64,000 nucleotides of DNA, taken from NCBI RefSeq assembly GCF_965140465.1, contig NZ_OZ223238.1. The stretch is one strand, 5' to 3'. Under the pieces are notes generated by a model. That model saw only the letters and a program-made list of their open reading frames with translations. It made no database searches and had not been told where the DNA came from. Within the stretch, counting starts at the first letter, position 1, and the number at the start of each line of letters is the position of its first letter. This document shows, piece after piece, positions 1-11,849 of the stretch. The position numbers were made by a program, and so were the translations under genes. This stretch comes from Roseibium sp. GTDB taxonomy: Bacteria > Pseudomonadota > Alphaproteobacteria > Rhizobiales > Stappiaceae.

Positions 1-2170
<2,170 letters not shown>

Positions 2171-2275
2171 TTATTCACTCCCTCGCGACCGAACAGCCGG
2201 CCGCCTTCCCTTTCACGATTAGCTTGACAGACAAACTGTGTCAACTAACATGTTAGCATTCTATACGAGACAGAT

Positions 2276-2989
2276 ATGACGCTATCGAACGAACAAGACA
2301 TTGAAGAATACGTGCTGCCGGACATCTCCAAGCTGAGCGGTTCGCTGGCACAACGTGTCTATGAAGCCCTGCGCCAGTCGATTCTCGAAATGCATCTGCC
2401 CCCCGGTACAGCCCTGAAAAAGCAGGTAATCTGCGAACAACTCGGCGTGTCCCGCTCACCTGTGACAGAGGCGATCACCAAGCTTGCCGGTGAAGGACTT
2501 GTGGAGGTGATTCCGCAATCCGGGTCTCGCGTCACCCGGTTTTCCATGCCCGAGATCCGCGAGGGCGCGTTTCTGCGCGAAGCCATCGAACTTGCCGCGG
2601 TTGCCAAGGTTGCCGCGGAAAGAACCGAAGACCAGATGACGGCGCTGACAAGAAACCTGCGCCTGCAGGCGCTGTGCCTGGAAGACAATGACGAAGCTGG
2701 ATTCTTTCGGGAAGACGAGCATATGCATGAGCTCATTTTCGCGTTTACCGGCTATCCAAAACTGAATGCCATTGCAGACACGGGCTGGATCCAGGTCAAC
2801 CGGGCCCGTCTCCTGCTTCTGCCTTTGAAAGGCCGCGCCCAAAGCGCCTATGACGAACACAAGCTCATCATTTCCGCCATCCGCGACAAGGATCCGGAAC
2901 GCGCCCGCAAGGCGATGCAGGATCACCTCAGCACCCTGGTTGTGCGACTGGAACCCCTGTCCAGGGAACGACCGGATCTGTTCGACTGA
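2276..2989 (+). CDS. GntR-family transcriptional regulator, FadR/FCD subfamily
   Basis: 237-aa ORF with an N-terminal winged HTH (VYEALRQSILEMHLPPGTALKKQVICEQLGVSRSPVTEAITKLAGEGLVEV) and an all-helical C-terminal FCD-type domain. It is divergent from the dehydratase gene. Confidence 0.85.
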   Translation: MTLSNEQDIEEYVLPDISKLSGSLAQRVYEALRQSILEMHLPPGTALKKQVICEQLGVSRSPVTEAITKLAGEGLVEVIPQSGSRVTRFSMPEIREGAFLREAIELAAVAKVAAERTEDQMTALTRNLRLQALCLEDNDEAGFFREDEHMHELIFAFTGYPKLNAIADTGWIQVNRARLLLLPLKGRAQSAYDEHKLIISAIRDKDPERARKAMQDHLSTLVVRLEPLSRERPDLFD

Positions 2990-3045
2990 CGACCACCGTT
3001 GCGACCGCTGATCGACAGCCACCCGAAATTCAAAAGGACTGCCAC

Positions 3046-4101
3046 ATGACCGGCCTCGGAAAGCACCTGCTCAATCACCGGACTGCGAAGCCGCTGCATC
3101 TGACCGAAATGGGGTTTGGCGGTGCACCGCTCGGAAACCTCTACCGCAAGATTTCCGACGAAGACGCCCAGTCTGCCCTGCAAGCGGCTTATGACCATGG
3201 CATTCGCTATTTCGACACGGCCCCGCAATATGGCCTCGGCCGATCGGAGGAACGGTTTGGCGAGGCCCTCAAACGGTTTGACCGCAGCGATTTGCTGCTT
3301 TCCACCAAGATCGGCCGCTTGCTGGTCGACTGCGAGCCAGAGGAAGTAACCCCGGAAGCCTTTGTCGACGTACCGCAAAAACGGATTGTCTTCGACTACA
3401 GCTACGACGGCGTCATGCGCAGCTACGAAGCCAGCCGGTCGCGATTGGACGTTGAGTTCGCCGACATTCTTTTCATCCACGATGTTTGCGCCTTTTCCCA
3501 AGGCTCCCAGGAGATGAGCGACCAGCGTGTGCGCGAACTGTTCGACCTTGGCGGCTATCGCGCACTCTCCGAGTTGAGGGAGAGCGGCGACGTGTCCGCC
3601 ATTGGTGCCGGCGTCAATGAATGGCAGGTCTGCGAAAAGCTTCTGGGGCTCGCCGATTTCGACTGCTTCCTTCTCGCCGGGCGCTACACGCTGCTGGAAC
3701 AGGAGTCGCTTGAGAGTTTCCTGCCGCTTTGCGAAAAACGAGACGTCGGCATCATCCTGGGTGGTCCCTACAATTCCGGCATTCTGGCAACGGGTGCCAT
3801 CCCCGGTGCGAAATACAATTATGCGGATGCGCCGCCGGAGATTCTGGAGCGGGTGCGCCGGATAGAAGAGATCTGCACGAGCCACGCCGTGCCCCTGATC
3901 GCAGCGGCGCTGCAATTTGTGCTCGGACATCCAAGCGTCAAGACCGTTGTCCCCGGGGCGGTGAATGCGCGTGAGGTTGAAGCCAATCTTGCACTCCTGA
4001 ACACGCCGATCCCTTCGGGTCTTTGGTCGGACCTACGTTCCGCAGGCCTGATACATCCAGACGCACCACTTCCGGAGGCACGCACATGCTCCGCGGCATA
4101 A
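3046..4101 (+). CDS. Aldo/keto reductase, L-fucose / D-threo-aldose 1-dehydrogenase-like
   Basis: 351-aa ORF with AKR signatures GFGGAPLGNLY, YFDTAPQYGLGRSEERFG, LSTKIGR and a C-terminal PGAVNAREVEANL. Substrate is inferred only from the neighbouring genes. Confidence 0.8.
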   Translation: MTGLGKHLLNHRTAKPLHLTEMGFGGAPLGNLYRKISDEDAQSALQAAYDHGIRYFDTAPQYGLGRSEERFGEALKRFDRSDLLLSTKIGRLLVDCEPEEVTPEAFVDVPQKRIVFDYSYDGVMRSYEASRSRLDVEFADILFIHDVCAFSQGSQEMSDQRVRELFDLGGYRALSELRESGDVSAIGAGVNEWQVCEKLLGLADFDCFLLAGRYTLLEQESLESFLPLCEKRDVGIILGGPYNSGILATGAIPGAKYNYADAPPEILERVRRIEEICTSHAVPLIAAALQFVLGHPSVKTVVPGAVNAREVEANLALLNTPIPSGLWSDLRSAGLIHPDAPLPEARTCSAA

Positions 4102-4517
4102 ATCCCCTGCTTTCCCCGGATCTGCTTCACGCCCTTCGGGCCATGGGTCATGGCGACGATATCGTGATCGCGGATGCGAATTTTCCAGCCACAAGCAATG
4201 GCAAGCGGGTCCTCAGGCTCGACGGCATTTCAGCGACAGACGCGCTGGAGGCCGTTCTGGAAGTCATGCCGCTGGACACGTTCGTTCCGGATCCCGCCCT
4301 CACCATGCAGGTTGTCGGCGATCCCACCGAAGTTCCGCCTGTGGTCGCTTCCTTCCAGTCGATCATCAATCGCGTCGCGGACAATCCGGCCGAACTTGCG
4401 AGCCTGGAACGCAATGCGTTCTATCTCAGGTCCATGACGTCGTTTGTCATTCTCCAGACCGGCGAAACAAGGCTTTACGGCAACATCATTCTGAAGAAAG
4501 GTGTCATCAGTCCCTGA
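4086..4517 (+). CDS. fucU: RbsD/FucU-family sugar mutarotase (L-fucose mutarotase-like)
   Basis: I trimmed track ORF 4023..4517 to the in-frame ATG at 4086. MLRGINPLLSPDLLHALRAMGHGDDIVIADANFPA is a typical RbsD/FucU N-terminus. The gene overlaps the AKR stop by 16 nt. Confidence 0.8.
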   Translation: MLRGINPLLSPDLLHALRAMGHGDDIVIADANFPATSNGKRVLRLDGISATDALEAVLEVMPLDTFVPDPALTMQVVGDPTEVPPVVASFQSIINRVADNPAELASLERNAFYLRSMTSFVILQTGETRLYGNIILKKGVISP

Positions 4518-4556
4518 GGGCGAGGCGTTGGGCAAGCCAGGTGATGTGCCCGGTGG

Positions 4557-5585
4557 ATGGAATGCATGAAATACTGGTCCTTTGCTGACGATTTCGGATT
4601 GGAAAACCTGGTTCTGAAAACAGGTGACATGCCGAAACCGGGACCGCGGGATGTGCTGCTGGAAATGCAGGCAGCTTCCCTGAATTATCGCGACCTTGTC
4701 GTCATGCGCGGTCAGCATGGCAAGAATATTCGCCCGCCGCTCATACCGCTGTCCGATGGTGTCGGTGTTGTCATTGAGACGGGGCCCGATGTTACCGGTT
4801 TTGAACCTGGCGACAGGGTTTCGCCTGCCTTCTACCAGCATTGGCACGGGGGCCCTCCGCCACTCGATCTCGAAGCCGGTCGGCTCGGTGGCCCGCTTGA
4901 CGGTGTTCTGGCAACCCACCGTGTTTTTTCGGCCGAATCGCTTGTGTCCGTCCCAGCACAACTGAGCGCCACAGAAGCTGCGACACTTCCCTGTGCAGGT
5001 GTCACGGCGTGGAGTGCGCTGAGCGAACCTGTGCCGGTCCGACCGGGTGAAACCGTGCTCATTCTCGGCAGTGGTGACGTCGCCCTTCTTGCCCTGTCGC
5101 TTGCGAAGGCCTCGGGCGCCCGCACGATCATGACAACATCCAGCGCGGAGCGGGCGGAAAACCTGCGGTCCCTCGGTGCGGACCTGGTGATTGACAGGTC
5201 GACAACGGACAACTGGGCCCGCGAGGTGCGGAACGCCACGGGTGGCGAAGGCTGCGACCGGGTTCTGGAACTGGGCGGAGCCGCGACGCTTGCGAGTTCC
5301 ATCAAGGCAGTGAGGAATGGCGGGATCATCATCCTGATTGGAAACGTCACTGGCAACAACGCGGACCTCTTCCTGCCGCTGCTGCTCACGCGAAAACTGA
5401 CACTCCAGTCGGTCTCCGTCGGTTCAATTTCGGGTTTTTGCGCCCTCAACCGTGCGCTCGCCCTTCACGAGATCAAACCCGTCATCGCCAGGACCATACC
5501 CTTCGTCAGTGCTCCCGATGCGTTCATCGCGCTCGAGGCCCAGGAGGGGTTTGGAAATATCTGCATCGATTCGTTCCAGGCCTAG
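4557..5585 (+). CDS. Medium-chain dehydrogenase/reductase (quinone-oxidoreductase-like, zinc-independent type)
   Basis: 342-aa ORF with a GroES-like N-domain (AASLNYRDLVVMRG) and a Rossmann loop (ILGSGDVALLALSLAKASGA). ATG 4566, preceded by GGTGGA, is an equally good start. Confidence 0.8.
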   Translation: MECMKYWSFADDFGLENLVLKTGDMPKPGPRDVLLEMQAASLNYRDLVVMRGQHGKNIRPPLIPLSDGVGVVIETGPDVTGFEPGDRVSPAFYQHWHGGPPPLDLEAGRLGGPLDGVLATHRVFSAESLVSVPAQLSATEAATLPCAGVTAWSALSEPVPVRPGETVLILGSGDVALLALSLAKASGARTIMTTSSAERAENLRSLGADLVIDRSTTDNWAREVRNATGGEGCDRVLELGGAATLASSIKAVRNGGIIILIGNVTGNNADLFLPLLLTRKLTLQSVSVGSISGFCALNRALALHEIKPVIARTIPFVSAPDAFIALEAQEGFGNICIDSFQA

Positions 5586-5621
5586 CGCAAGCCGTCTCCT
5601 GGACCGACAGGTCCGACGGAA

Positions 5622-5648
5622 AAGCCTCGCACACCAGGCGCGAGGCTT
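5622..5648 (-). terminator. Hairpin between convergent genes; possible intrinsic terminator of the chemoreceptor gene
   Basis: AAGCCTCGC-(9 nt)-GCGAGGCTT. On the minus strand it is followed by TTTTCC. The T-tract is short. Confidence 0.3.
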
Positions 5649-5677
5649 CCGATCTCACTTCGGGAACTGTGCGAAAC

Positions 5678-7312
5678 CTAGGCCGCCGCAACGTTGGACA
5701 GGAACCTGTCGATCCGCTGTGCCAGCTGTCGGGTGTTCTCGGCAACTTCGGCCGAGGTTCGCGACACATCTCCCGCCGACAGGGTCGTCTCGTCGACAGC
5801 GGCCTTTACGCCGGTCATGTTCTCGGTGATCTCGCGGGTCCCCGACGCGACTTCCTGAATCGAACCACTGATCTCGGCGGTGGCAGAGCCCTGCTGTTCC
5901 AGCGCTTCCGTGATGGATCCCGTGAACTCGTTCACCTGAACCATGATCTTGGCGATTTCCTCGATCGCGGCGACGGAGTCCGAGGACGCGCCCTGGATGG
6001 CATTGATCTGAGCCGAAATCTCCTCGGTCGCCTTGGACGTCTGGGTTGCAAGCTCCTTGACCTCTGCCGCGACAACGGCAAATCCCTTGCCCGCTTCCCC
6101 GGCCCGGGCCGCCTCGATCGTTGCATTGAGCGCCAGGAGATTGGTCTGTTCCGCAATGTCCTGGATCAGCTGCAGAACCGCACCGATTTTCTGAGCGGAA
6201 GCCGCCAGGCTCGCGACTTGTTCATTCGCCGATGTCGCTTTCGAGTTGGCGGTCGAGACGACTTCGCTGGTTTCCGCAATCTGCCGGGAGATTTCGGTGA
6301 TGGACGCCGACAGTTCCTCAGAGGCTGATGCAACGGTCTGGACACTTGAATAGGCCTGCTCGGTGGCCGCCGCGACGGACGCCGTGCGCTCGGTATTGGC
6401 GCTGGACAGATCCATCAGGGCACCCGAGATGCTGCCCATGTTCTCGGTTGACCGGGCGACGGGTTCAAGCAGCCGCTGCGAATCGTCCCGGAACTCCGCA
6501 ATCAGGTTTTCAAGGCTGGACTGCCGATGGCGTTCCGCTTCGAAATTCTGCCGCTGCTCGTCTTCCAGTTCGCGTTGGCGGAGCCCGTTGTCGCGGAATA
6601 CCGCGACCGTTCGCGCCATCTGTCCCATCTCGTCTACCCGCGCGACATAAGGAATGTCGGTGCTGTAGTCGCCGCCGGAAAGGGTTGTCATGGTCTGCGA
6701 AAGGCGCCCGATCTGCCCGGTTATCCTGCGGATCAAGGCGACCAGGACAAGCGAAACCACTGTTATGGCGATCGCCGTGATGATCAGGGCGGTGGTCAAT
6801 GCTTCGTTGCGTGCGCTCTCAATCCCGGCACTGTCAAAGCCGACATAGAAAAATCCGAGCGTCGTGACTTCATCACCATCGGTACGAAGGATTGGCTTCA
6901 CCCCGATCTCGTAAGCCGAGGAGGCAATGAAGGCTGTTTCTTCCGTAACCTCACCCGAGCGCATGCTTTCTGGAATCAGGTCGACAAGTGTTTCCGCATC
7001 CGTGTTTTCCGCGCGAACCAGAGAGGAAAAGATTGTGCCGTTCTGTTCCTGGACAATCGCCCAGGCAAAGTCCTTGTTGTCGAGCAGCGACGCCAGCAGG
7101 CTTTCTCCAAGGTCCTGGTCGAAATCCCATATGGCGTTGCCAAGCGCCTGGTTGGTCAAGTTGGCGCTCATTGTCATTTGCTGTTCATAGGCTTCCTGAA
7201 CAGCGGCAACGCGCTGTGTTGCGGAAATGACGGCGAAGGCAACAAACGCCATGGCCACGACCATCACGATGGGCACGGTCGTGGTGAATTTTACAGATTG
7301 CCAGAATTTCAT
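5678..7312 (-). CDS. Methyl-accepting chemotaxis protein (TM, periplasmic sensor, TM, HAMP, signalling domain)
   Basis: 544-aa ORF with two hydrophobic helices flanking a roughly 170-aa sensor domain, and the invariant signalling hairpin [35 protein letters not shown]. Confidence 0.9.
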   Translation of the reverse strand: MKFWQSVKFTTTVPIVMVVAMAFVAFAVISATQRVAAVQEAYEQQMTMSANLTNQALGNAIWDFDQDLGESLLASLLDNKDFAWAIVQEQNGTIFSSLVRAENTDAETLVDLIPESMRSGEVTEETAFIASSAYEIGVKPILRTDGDEVTTLGFFYVGFDSAGIESARNEALTTALIITAIAITVVSLVLVALIRRITGQIGRLSQTMTTLSGGDYSTDIPYVARVDEMGQMARTVAVFRDNGLRQRELEDEQRQNFEAERHRQSSLENLIAEFRDDSQRLLEPVARSTENMGSISGALMDLSSANTERTASVAAATEQAYSSVQTVASASEELSASITEISRQIAETSEVVSTANSKATSANEQVASLAASAQKIGAVLQLIQDIAEQTNLLALNATIEAARAGEAGKGFAVVAAEVKELATQTSKATEEISAQINAIQGASSDSVAAIEEIAKIMVQVNEFTGSITEALEQQGSATAEISGSIQEVASGTREITENMTGVKAAVDETTLSAGDVSRTSAEVAENTRQLAQRIDRFLSNVAAA

Positions 7313-7606
7313 GGTCTCCCCCGATCTGAATCGGCGATCAATTTTCCAGGGTCACAGCGAAGCAGGTCGACCTGTGCAAGTCGGAAGACCTGGAAAGCAA
7401 GAACCTGCCTGTCAGGTTCGCGAGCCGTCCCGTAGGGCGGCTCACCGTGTTCTCAGTGCATCAAGGTGCTGGCGCGGACCACGGGGCCCCTTTGGAACGG
7501 CGACCCCACCAGAACCCGGTCTCGGAGGGAACGGGAAGCGTCTGGATGGATCCCGACAGGGCTGCCGGTGCCGCTAGCACCTCGCAGTCCGCGCGTCAGC
7601 GTTCAG

Positions 7607-8365
7607 TTATTCGGCAACCGGCCAGTCCTTGACATAGTCGGCAATCCCGTATTTGGCCAAAGCCTGCGAATAGGCGTCCGACGCCTTGTAGCCACTCAAC
7701 ATCTCGTTGAACCTGGCAACGTCTTCCGCTGAAAACCTCTCGTCGGCGAGAGCAATACCGATCGGCACCACCCCGACTGCGAGTGGCAGGAGTTCGACTT
7801 TCGAACGGATGTCGCTCTGATCGAGACGTGGCAGGAAGGCGATCGAAGAAATGATAGCGGCATCCAGCCGACCGGCCAGAACCTTCTTCATGTTGGTGTC
7901 ATCGTCTTTTGCCGGCTCCACCGAAACGCCCGCAGCCTCCAGGGTGGGATAGGCAAAGCCGCGACGGCCACCGATCTTCTTGCTGCTGAGGTCCTTGAGC
8001 GAGGCGTAGTCGAAACCATTGCCCTTCTTGACCACCAGAATGTTGTACGTCGTCAGGATCGGATCGCTGTAGAGCGCCTTGCCAGCACGCTCATCGGTAC
8101 GCAACACGCCGATTGCGACGTCAATCTCACCGCTGTGGATGGAATTGTACAACCGGGCGAAGGGTAATTTGGTCGCCTGCGCCTCGAAGCCCATGTCCTG
8201 CAACAACTGGCTGCTCGCATCCCCCAGGACGCCGATAGGAGCGCCGTCGGACCCAACGCTTGCAAAGGGCAGACTGTCCCCTGTTCCAAGTGTAATTGCC
8301 TCTTTGGCCGAAGCATTTGAAGTAATAGCGGCCATCACCATAAACGCCGCACAGAATTTTCTCAT
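7607..8365 (-). CDS. Periplasmic solute-binding protein, family 3 (amino-acid/polar-ligand type); orphan, with no ABC partner genes adjacent
   Basis: 252-aa ORF with a signal peptide (MRKFCAAFMVMAAITSNASA) and two-lobe SBP_bac_3-like content (GEIDVAIGVLRTDERAGKALYSDPI, GRLDAAI). Confidence 0.75.
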   Translation of the reverse strand: MRKFCAAFMVMAAITSNASAKEAITLGTGDSLPFASVGSDGAPIGVLGDASSQLLQDMGFEAQATKLPFARLYNSIHSGEIDVAIGVLRTDERAGKALYSDPILTTYNILVVKKGNGFDYASLKDLSSKKIGGRRGFAYPTLEAAGVSVEPAKDDDTNMKKVLAGRLDAAIISSIAFLPRLDQSDIRSKVELLPLAVGVVPIGIALADERFSAEDVARFNEMLSGYKASDAYSQALAKYGIADYVKDWPVAE

Positions 8366-8712
8366 GATAGGTTCCCCAACCTCAAGTTTTCACGAGAAAA
8401 ATCATGCCAATTTCAAAATAAATATTTACTAATGAATTGTTTTGATTTGAGATATGCTTCTTCAAATTTACCAAAACAATGGAATTAAGGACCTATTAAC
8501 AAATTGATAGAACAGACAGATGAGGAATCTTGGTTGATTGTCCCTGGCTGGATGCAGATTCGTTTCGGTGCGACCATTCGCTTGAAGATCCAGAAAATAC
8601 TCGCGCCATTTTCTCGTTTTTCCGAAAAGATCTCTTTCAACTTCGCCCATGGTCGTTAACGGTTCCGGGGGCCATAGTGGGGACAATTGAGACTGAAAAA
8701 GAAAGGTTGCTC

Positions 8713-9615
8713 GTGTCACATGTAAAAGGGTCACACTCGGGCGGGTCGCGTTCCTACTATGCCCCACAGGGCGGACACCCGGGTCAGGAAACGCTGCTGA
8801 CTGATCGCGCCGTTTTCACCGATGCTTATGCTGTCATTCCGCGCGGGACCATGCGCGACATCGTGACAAGCGCGTTGCCTTTCTGGACCAAGACCCGCCT
8901 CTGGGTACTTTCGCGGCCCCTCACCGGATTTGCGGAGACCTTTTCGCAATACATCATGGAAGTGTCACCGGGTGGCGGATCGGACCGGCCGGAAACGGAC
9001 CCGACGGCACAGGGTGTTCTCTTCGTCGTCGAGGGCGAAGCCGTACTCACGGCCGATGGCCAGGTGTTTGAGCTCAGGGCGGGCAGCTACGCCTACCTGC
9101 CTCCCCAATGCGACTGGAGGCTTCGCAACACGGGAAGCGCACCCGTCCGGTTCCACTGGGTACGCAAATCATACGAAGCGGTTGACGGTCTCGACTGGCC
9201 CGAGTTGCTCGTGACCCATGAAAACGATATCGAACCGTCCGCAATGCCGGGCACGGACGGCAAGTGGGCAACGACCCGTTTTGTCGATCCCGCCGACCTG
9301 CGTCATGACATGCATGTCAACATCGTCACGTTCCAGCCGGGCGCCGTGATCCCGTTTGCAGAAACCCATGTCATGGAACACGGGCTTTATGTGCTGGAAG
9401 GAAAGGCCGTCTACCGGCTTAACCAGGACTGGGTCGAAGTCGAAGCCGGCGACTACATGTGGCTGCGCGCCTTTTGCCCGCAGGCCTGTTACGCCGGCGG
9501 TCCCGGACCGTTCCGTTATCTACTGTACAAGGACGTGAACCGGCACATGGCGTTGCAACCCGCCAGGGGCTTCGGCAGCGCGATGCAATCCGCGTTCCGA
9601 AGCGCGGCGGAATAG
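8713..9615 (+). CDS. allE: (S)-ureidoglycine aminohydrolase (bicupin, AllE/UGHY-like)
   Basis: I trimmed track ORF 8530..9615 to the in-frame GTG at 8713, which follows AAAGAAAGG. The bicupin layout and the C-terminal segment (ETHVMEHGLYVLEGKAVYRLNQDWVEVEAGDYMWLRAFCPQACYAGGPGPFRYLLYKDVNR) parallel E. coli AllE/YlbA as I remember it. Confidence 0.75.
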   Translation: MSHVKGSHSGGSRSYYAPQGGHPGQETLLTDRAVFTDAYAVIPRGTMRDIVTSALPFWTKTRLWVLSRPLTGFAETFSQYIMEVSPGGGSDRPETDPTAQGVLFVVEGEAVLTADGQVFELRAGSYAYLPPQCDWRLRNTGSAPVRFHWVRKSYEAVDGLDWPELLVTHENDIEPSAMPGTDGKWATTRFVDPADLRHDMHVNIVTFQPGAVIPFAETHVMEHGLYVLEGKAVYRLNQDWVEVEAGDYMWLRAFCPQACYAGGPGPFRYLLYKDVNRHMALQPARGFGSAMQSAFRSAAE

Positions 9616-9622
9616 GGCCGCC

Positions 9623-10492
9623 TCAAAGAGTTTCTTCAGCCGGCGTCTCTTGCAAGCTCGAAACTTCGCCGCCAATGGCAGCGGTCAACCTGTCAGCAGC
9701 GGCCATGACGGCTTCCGCCAGGACCTCCACCTTGTCCAGCGCCACCCGGCTTGTCGGCCCGGATACCGACACGCCGGCAACCGCTTCTCCGAAATGGTCA
9801 AACACCGGCGCTGCGATGCAACGCATGCCGACGTTCTTTTCCTCGCCATCAATCGAGTAGCCGCGCGCGCGAACCTGCGAAAGATCGGCGCTCAGATCTT
9901 CCGCGTCGCACAAGGTGTATTCGGTAAATCGTTCTCTCTGTCCTTTCGAAACAATCCGCTCACAGACATCCGGATCCATGAATGCCAGCAGAGCCTTGCC
10001 GATGCCCGACGCATGCATGGGCGACAACGTGCCTGGCGGGAAAAACGCTCGAATGTTCGAATGGGTCTCGACCTGACTGACAAACAGGACGTTGTGGGAC
10101 TGACCAACTCCGAGATTGGCAGTCTCACCCGTCTCTTCCATCAGATTTCTCAGGATCGGGCGGGCGCGCTCCACAAGGCTGGTTCTGCGCAGGAAGCGCG
10201 CGCCGACAATGAAGGCGCCCGGCCCGATGTGCCAGAGTTGTTCGGCCTGATCGAATTCGACCAGGCCCCGTGTTTCCAGTGTGAAGAGAATGCGGTAGAG
10301 CGTCGCCGTGGACTCGCCCGTCTGCTCCGACAGGGCAGAAAGCGACACGCCGGATTGGGTGCTCAGGTGCTCGAAAACAGCCATGGCCCGGTCAAGCGAC
10401 TTGATGGTGTTCTGACCCGATTTGTCATCCCAGGATCTCGGTCGCCCGCGTGCTCGTCTGGCCGCATTTGTCTCCATTTTCTTGTCATTCAT
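9623..10492 (-). CDS. bhcR: IclR-family transcriptional regulator, BhcR-like (glyoxylate-responsive regulator of the beta-hydroxyaspartate cycle)
   Basis: IclR HTH (ALSEQTGESTATLYRILFTLETRGLVE) followed by an effector domain. It is divergent from bhcABCD, the same arrangement as the Paracoccus denitrificans bhc locus. I placed the start at ATG 10492; the track starts at GTG 10501. Confidence 0.8.
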   Translation of the reverse strand: MNDKKMETNAARRARGRPRSWDDKSGQNTIKSLDRAMAVFEHLSTQSGVSLSALSEQTGESTATLYRILFTLETRGLVEFDQAEQLWHIGPGAFIVGARFLRRTSLVERARPILRNLMEETGETANLGVGQSHNVLFVSQVETHSNIRAFFPPGTLSPMHASGIGKALLAFMDPDVCERIVSKGQRERFTEYTLCDAEDLSADLSQVRARGYSIDGEEKNVGMRCIAAPVFDHFGEAVAGVSVSGPTSRVALDKVEVLAEAVMAAADRLTAAIGGEVSSLQETPAEETL

Positions 10493-10510
10493 GACACACA
10501 CTCAACAATC

Positions 10511-10529
10511 CGTGAAAAATCAATTCACG
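10511..10529. promoter_or_regulatory. Inverted repeat CGTGAA-N7-TTCACG in the bhcR/bhcA divergent region; candidate BhcR operator
   Basis: Perfect 6-bp arms, 19 bp upstream of the bhcR start. IclR regulators bind palindromes of this size. Confidence 0.35.
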
Positions 10530-10577
10530 ATATGAAAAAAGCAAGTCACTGACAATACTGATATTTTCTGCCTTATC

Positions 10578-10606
10578 TTTTTTTGAAAAATTTTTTTAAA
10601 AAAATT
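10578..10606 (+). promoter_or_regulatory. Phased A/T tract (T7GA5T7A7TT) upstream of bhcA; probable promoter/UP-element or DNA-bending region
   Basis: A 29-bp run of nearly pure A/T within high-GC DNA, 53-81 bp upstream of the bhcA ATG. Confidence 0.3.
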
Positions 10607-10658
10607 GCCGACTCCTGATCCGCTCCGGTACGGTTCTGGAAACTGAGAGGAAACGGCC

Positions 10659-11849
10659 ATGAGCTTTCAAAACCCTGTTTTCATTCCAGGTCCGACAAAT
10701 ATGCCCGAGGCTCTCCGCAAGGCCTGTGACATGCCGACCCTGGACCATCGCTCACCCTTGTTCGGCGAGATCCTGCGCCCGGCCTTGGCAGGCGTGAAGA
10801 AGATCCTGAAGACCGAGACTGCCGAAGTCTTCATCTTTCCGTCCACGGGAACCGGCGGTTGGGAAACTGTGATCACCAACACCCTGAGCGCAGGTGACAA
10901 GATCCTTGCCGCGCGGAACGGCATGTTCTCGCATCGCTGGATCGACATGTGTCAGCGCCACGGCCTCCAGGTCGAGATTGTCGAGACACCCTGGGGTGCC
11001 GGTCTGCCCGCCGACCGATATGAGGAAATCCTCACCGCCGACACAAACCACGAGATCAAGGCGGTTCTTGCCACGCATAACGAGACGGCAACCGGCGTCA
11101 AATCCAATATTGCCGCTGTGCGCCGGGCTCTGAATGCCGCAAAACACCCGGCCCTGTTGCTGGTAGACGGTGTCAGCTCCATCGCGTCGATGAATTTTCG
11201 CATGGACGAATGGGGGGTCGACGCCGCGGTTACCGGATCGCAGAAAGGCTTCATGCTGCCTTCCGGTCTCGCCATTGTTGCACTGTCACCAAAGGCAAGG
11301 AATGCCATTGAAGCGGCCGACCTGCCGCGTACGTTCTTCGACGTTCGGGACATGACAAAGGCCTATGAGGCCAATGCCTATCCCTATACGCCCGCCGTCG
11401 GTCTGCTGAACGGACTGAAATCGAGCTGTGACATGCTGCTGAGCGAAGGCCTGGAAAACGTCTTCACACGCCATCACCGGATCGCCGAAGGCGTGCGGGC
11501 AGCCGTGCGTGCCTGGGGCCTAGAGCTCTGTGCCAAATCGCCGGATGTCTATTCGGACACCGTCAGCGCCATCCGGACACCGGAGGGGTTCAACGCCACG
11601 GACATCGTCACGCATGCCGCCGAAAAATACGGCGTCGCCTTCGGTGTTGGTCTCGGGGAAGTCGCCGGCAAGGTTTTCCGCATCGGGCACCTTGGCAGCC
11701 TGACGGATGTCATGACCCTGTCCGGGCTGGCAACGGCCGAAATGGTCATGGCCGACCTTGGTCTCGACATCAAACTCGGCTCCGGCGTTGCCGCAGCCCA
11801 GGACTATTACCGCAATGAGGAAGCCGTTGCTTCCAAGGAGGCCGCGTGA
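10659..11849 (+). CDS. bhcA: Class V aminotransferase, aspartate-glyoxylate aminotransferase BhcA-like
   Basis: 396-aa ORF. The serine-glyoxylate/alanine-glyoxylate aminotransferase-type N-terminus is NPVFIPGPTNMPEALRKA...LDHRSP, and SQKGFMLPSGLA contains the PLP lysine. It is the first gene of a four-gene set matching bhcABCD. Confidence 0.85.
   Translation: MSFQNPVFIPGPTNMPEALRKACDMPTLDHRSPLFGEILRPALAGVKKILKTETAEVFIFPSTGTGGWETVITNTLSAGDKILAARNGMFSHRWIDMCQRHGLQVEIVETPWGAGLPADRYEEILTADTNHEIKAVLATHNETATGVKSNIAAVRRALNAAKHPALLLVDGVSSIASMNFRMDEWGVDAAVTGSQKGFMLPSGLAIVALSPKARNAIEAADLPRTFFDVRDMTKAYEANAYPYTPAVGLLNGLKSSCDMLLSEGLENVFTRHHRIAEGVRAAVRAWGLELCAKSPDVYSDTVSAIRTPEGFNATDIVTHAAEKYGVAFGVGLGEVAGKVFRIGHLGSLTDVMTLSGLATAEMVMADLGLDIKLGSGVAAAQDYYRNEEAVASKEAA

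Noticed and set aside
8530-8712. N-terminal extensions offered by the ORF track for allE. Similar extensions occur at 4023 for fucU, 14048 for bhcD, 14874 for the GAPDH-like gene, 30356 for xdhB and 35232 for guaD.
   Set aside because: In each case the family-typical N-terminus begins at an internal start with a better RBS. The extension either overlaps the preceding gene or crosses AT-rich promoter DNA.
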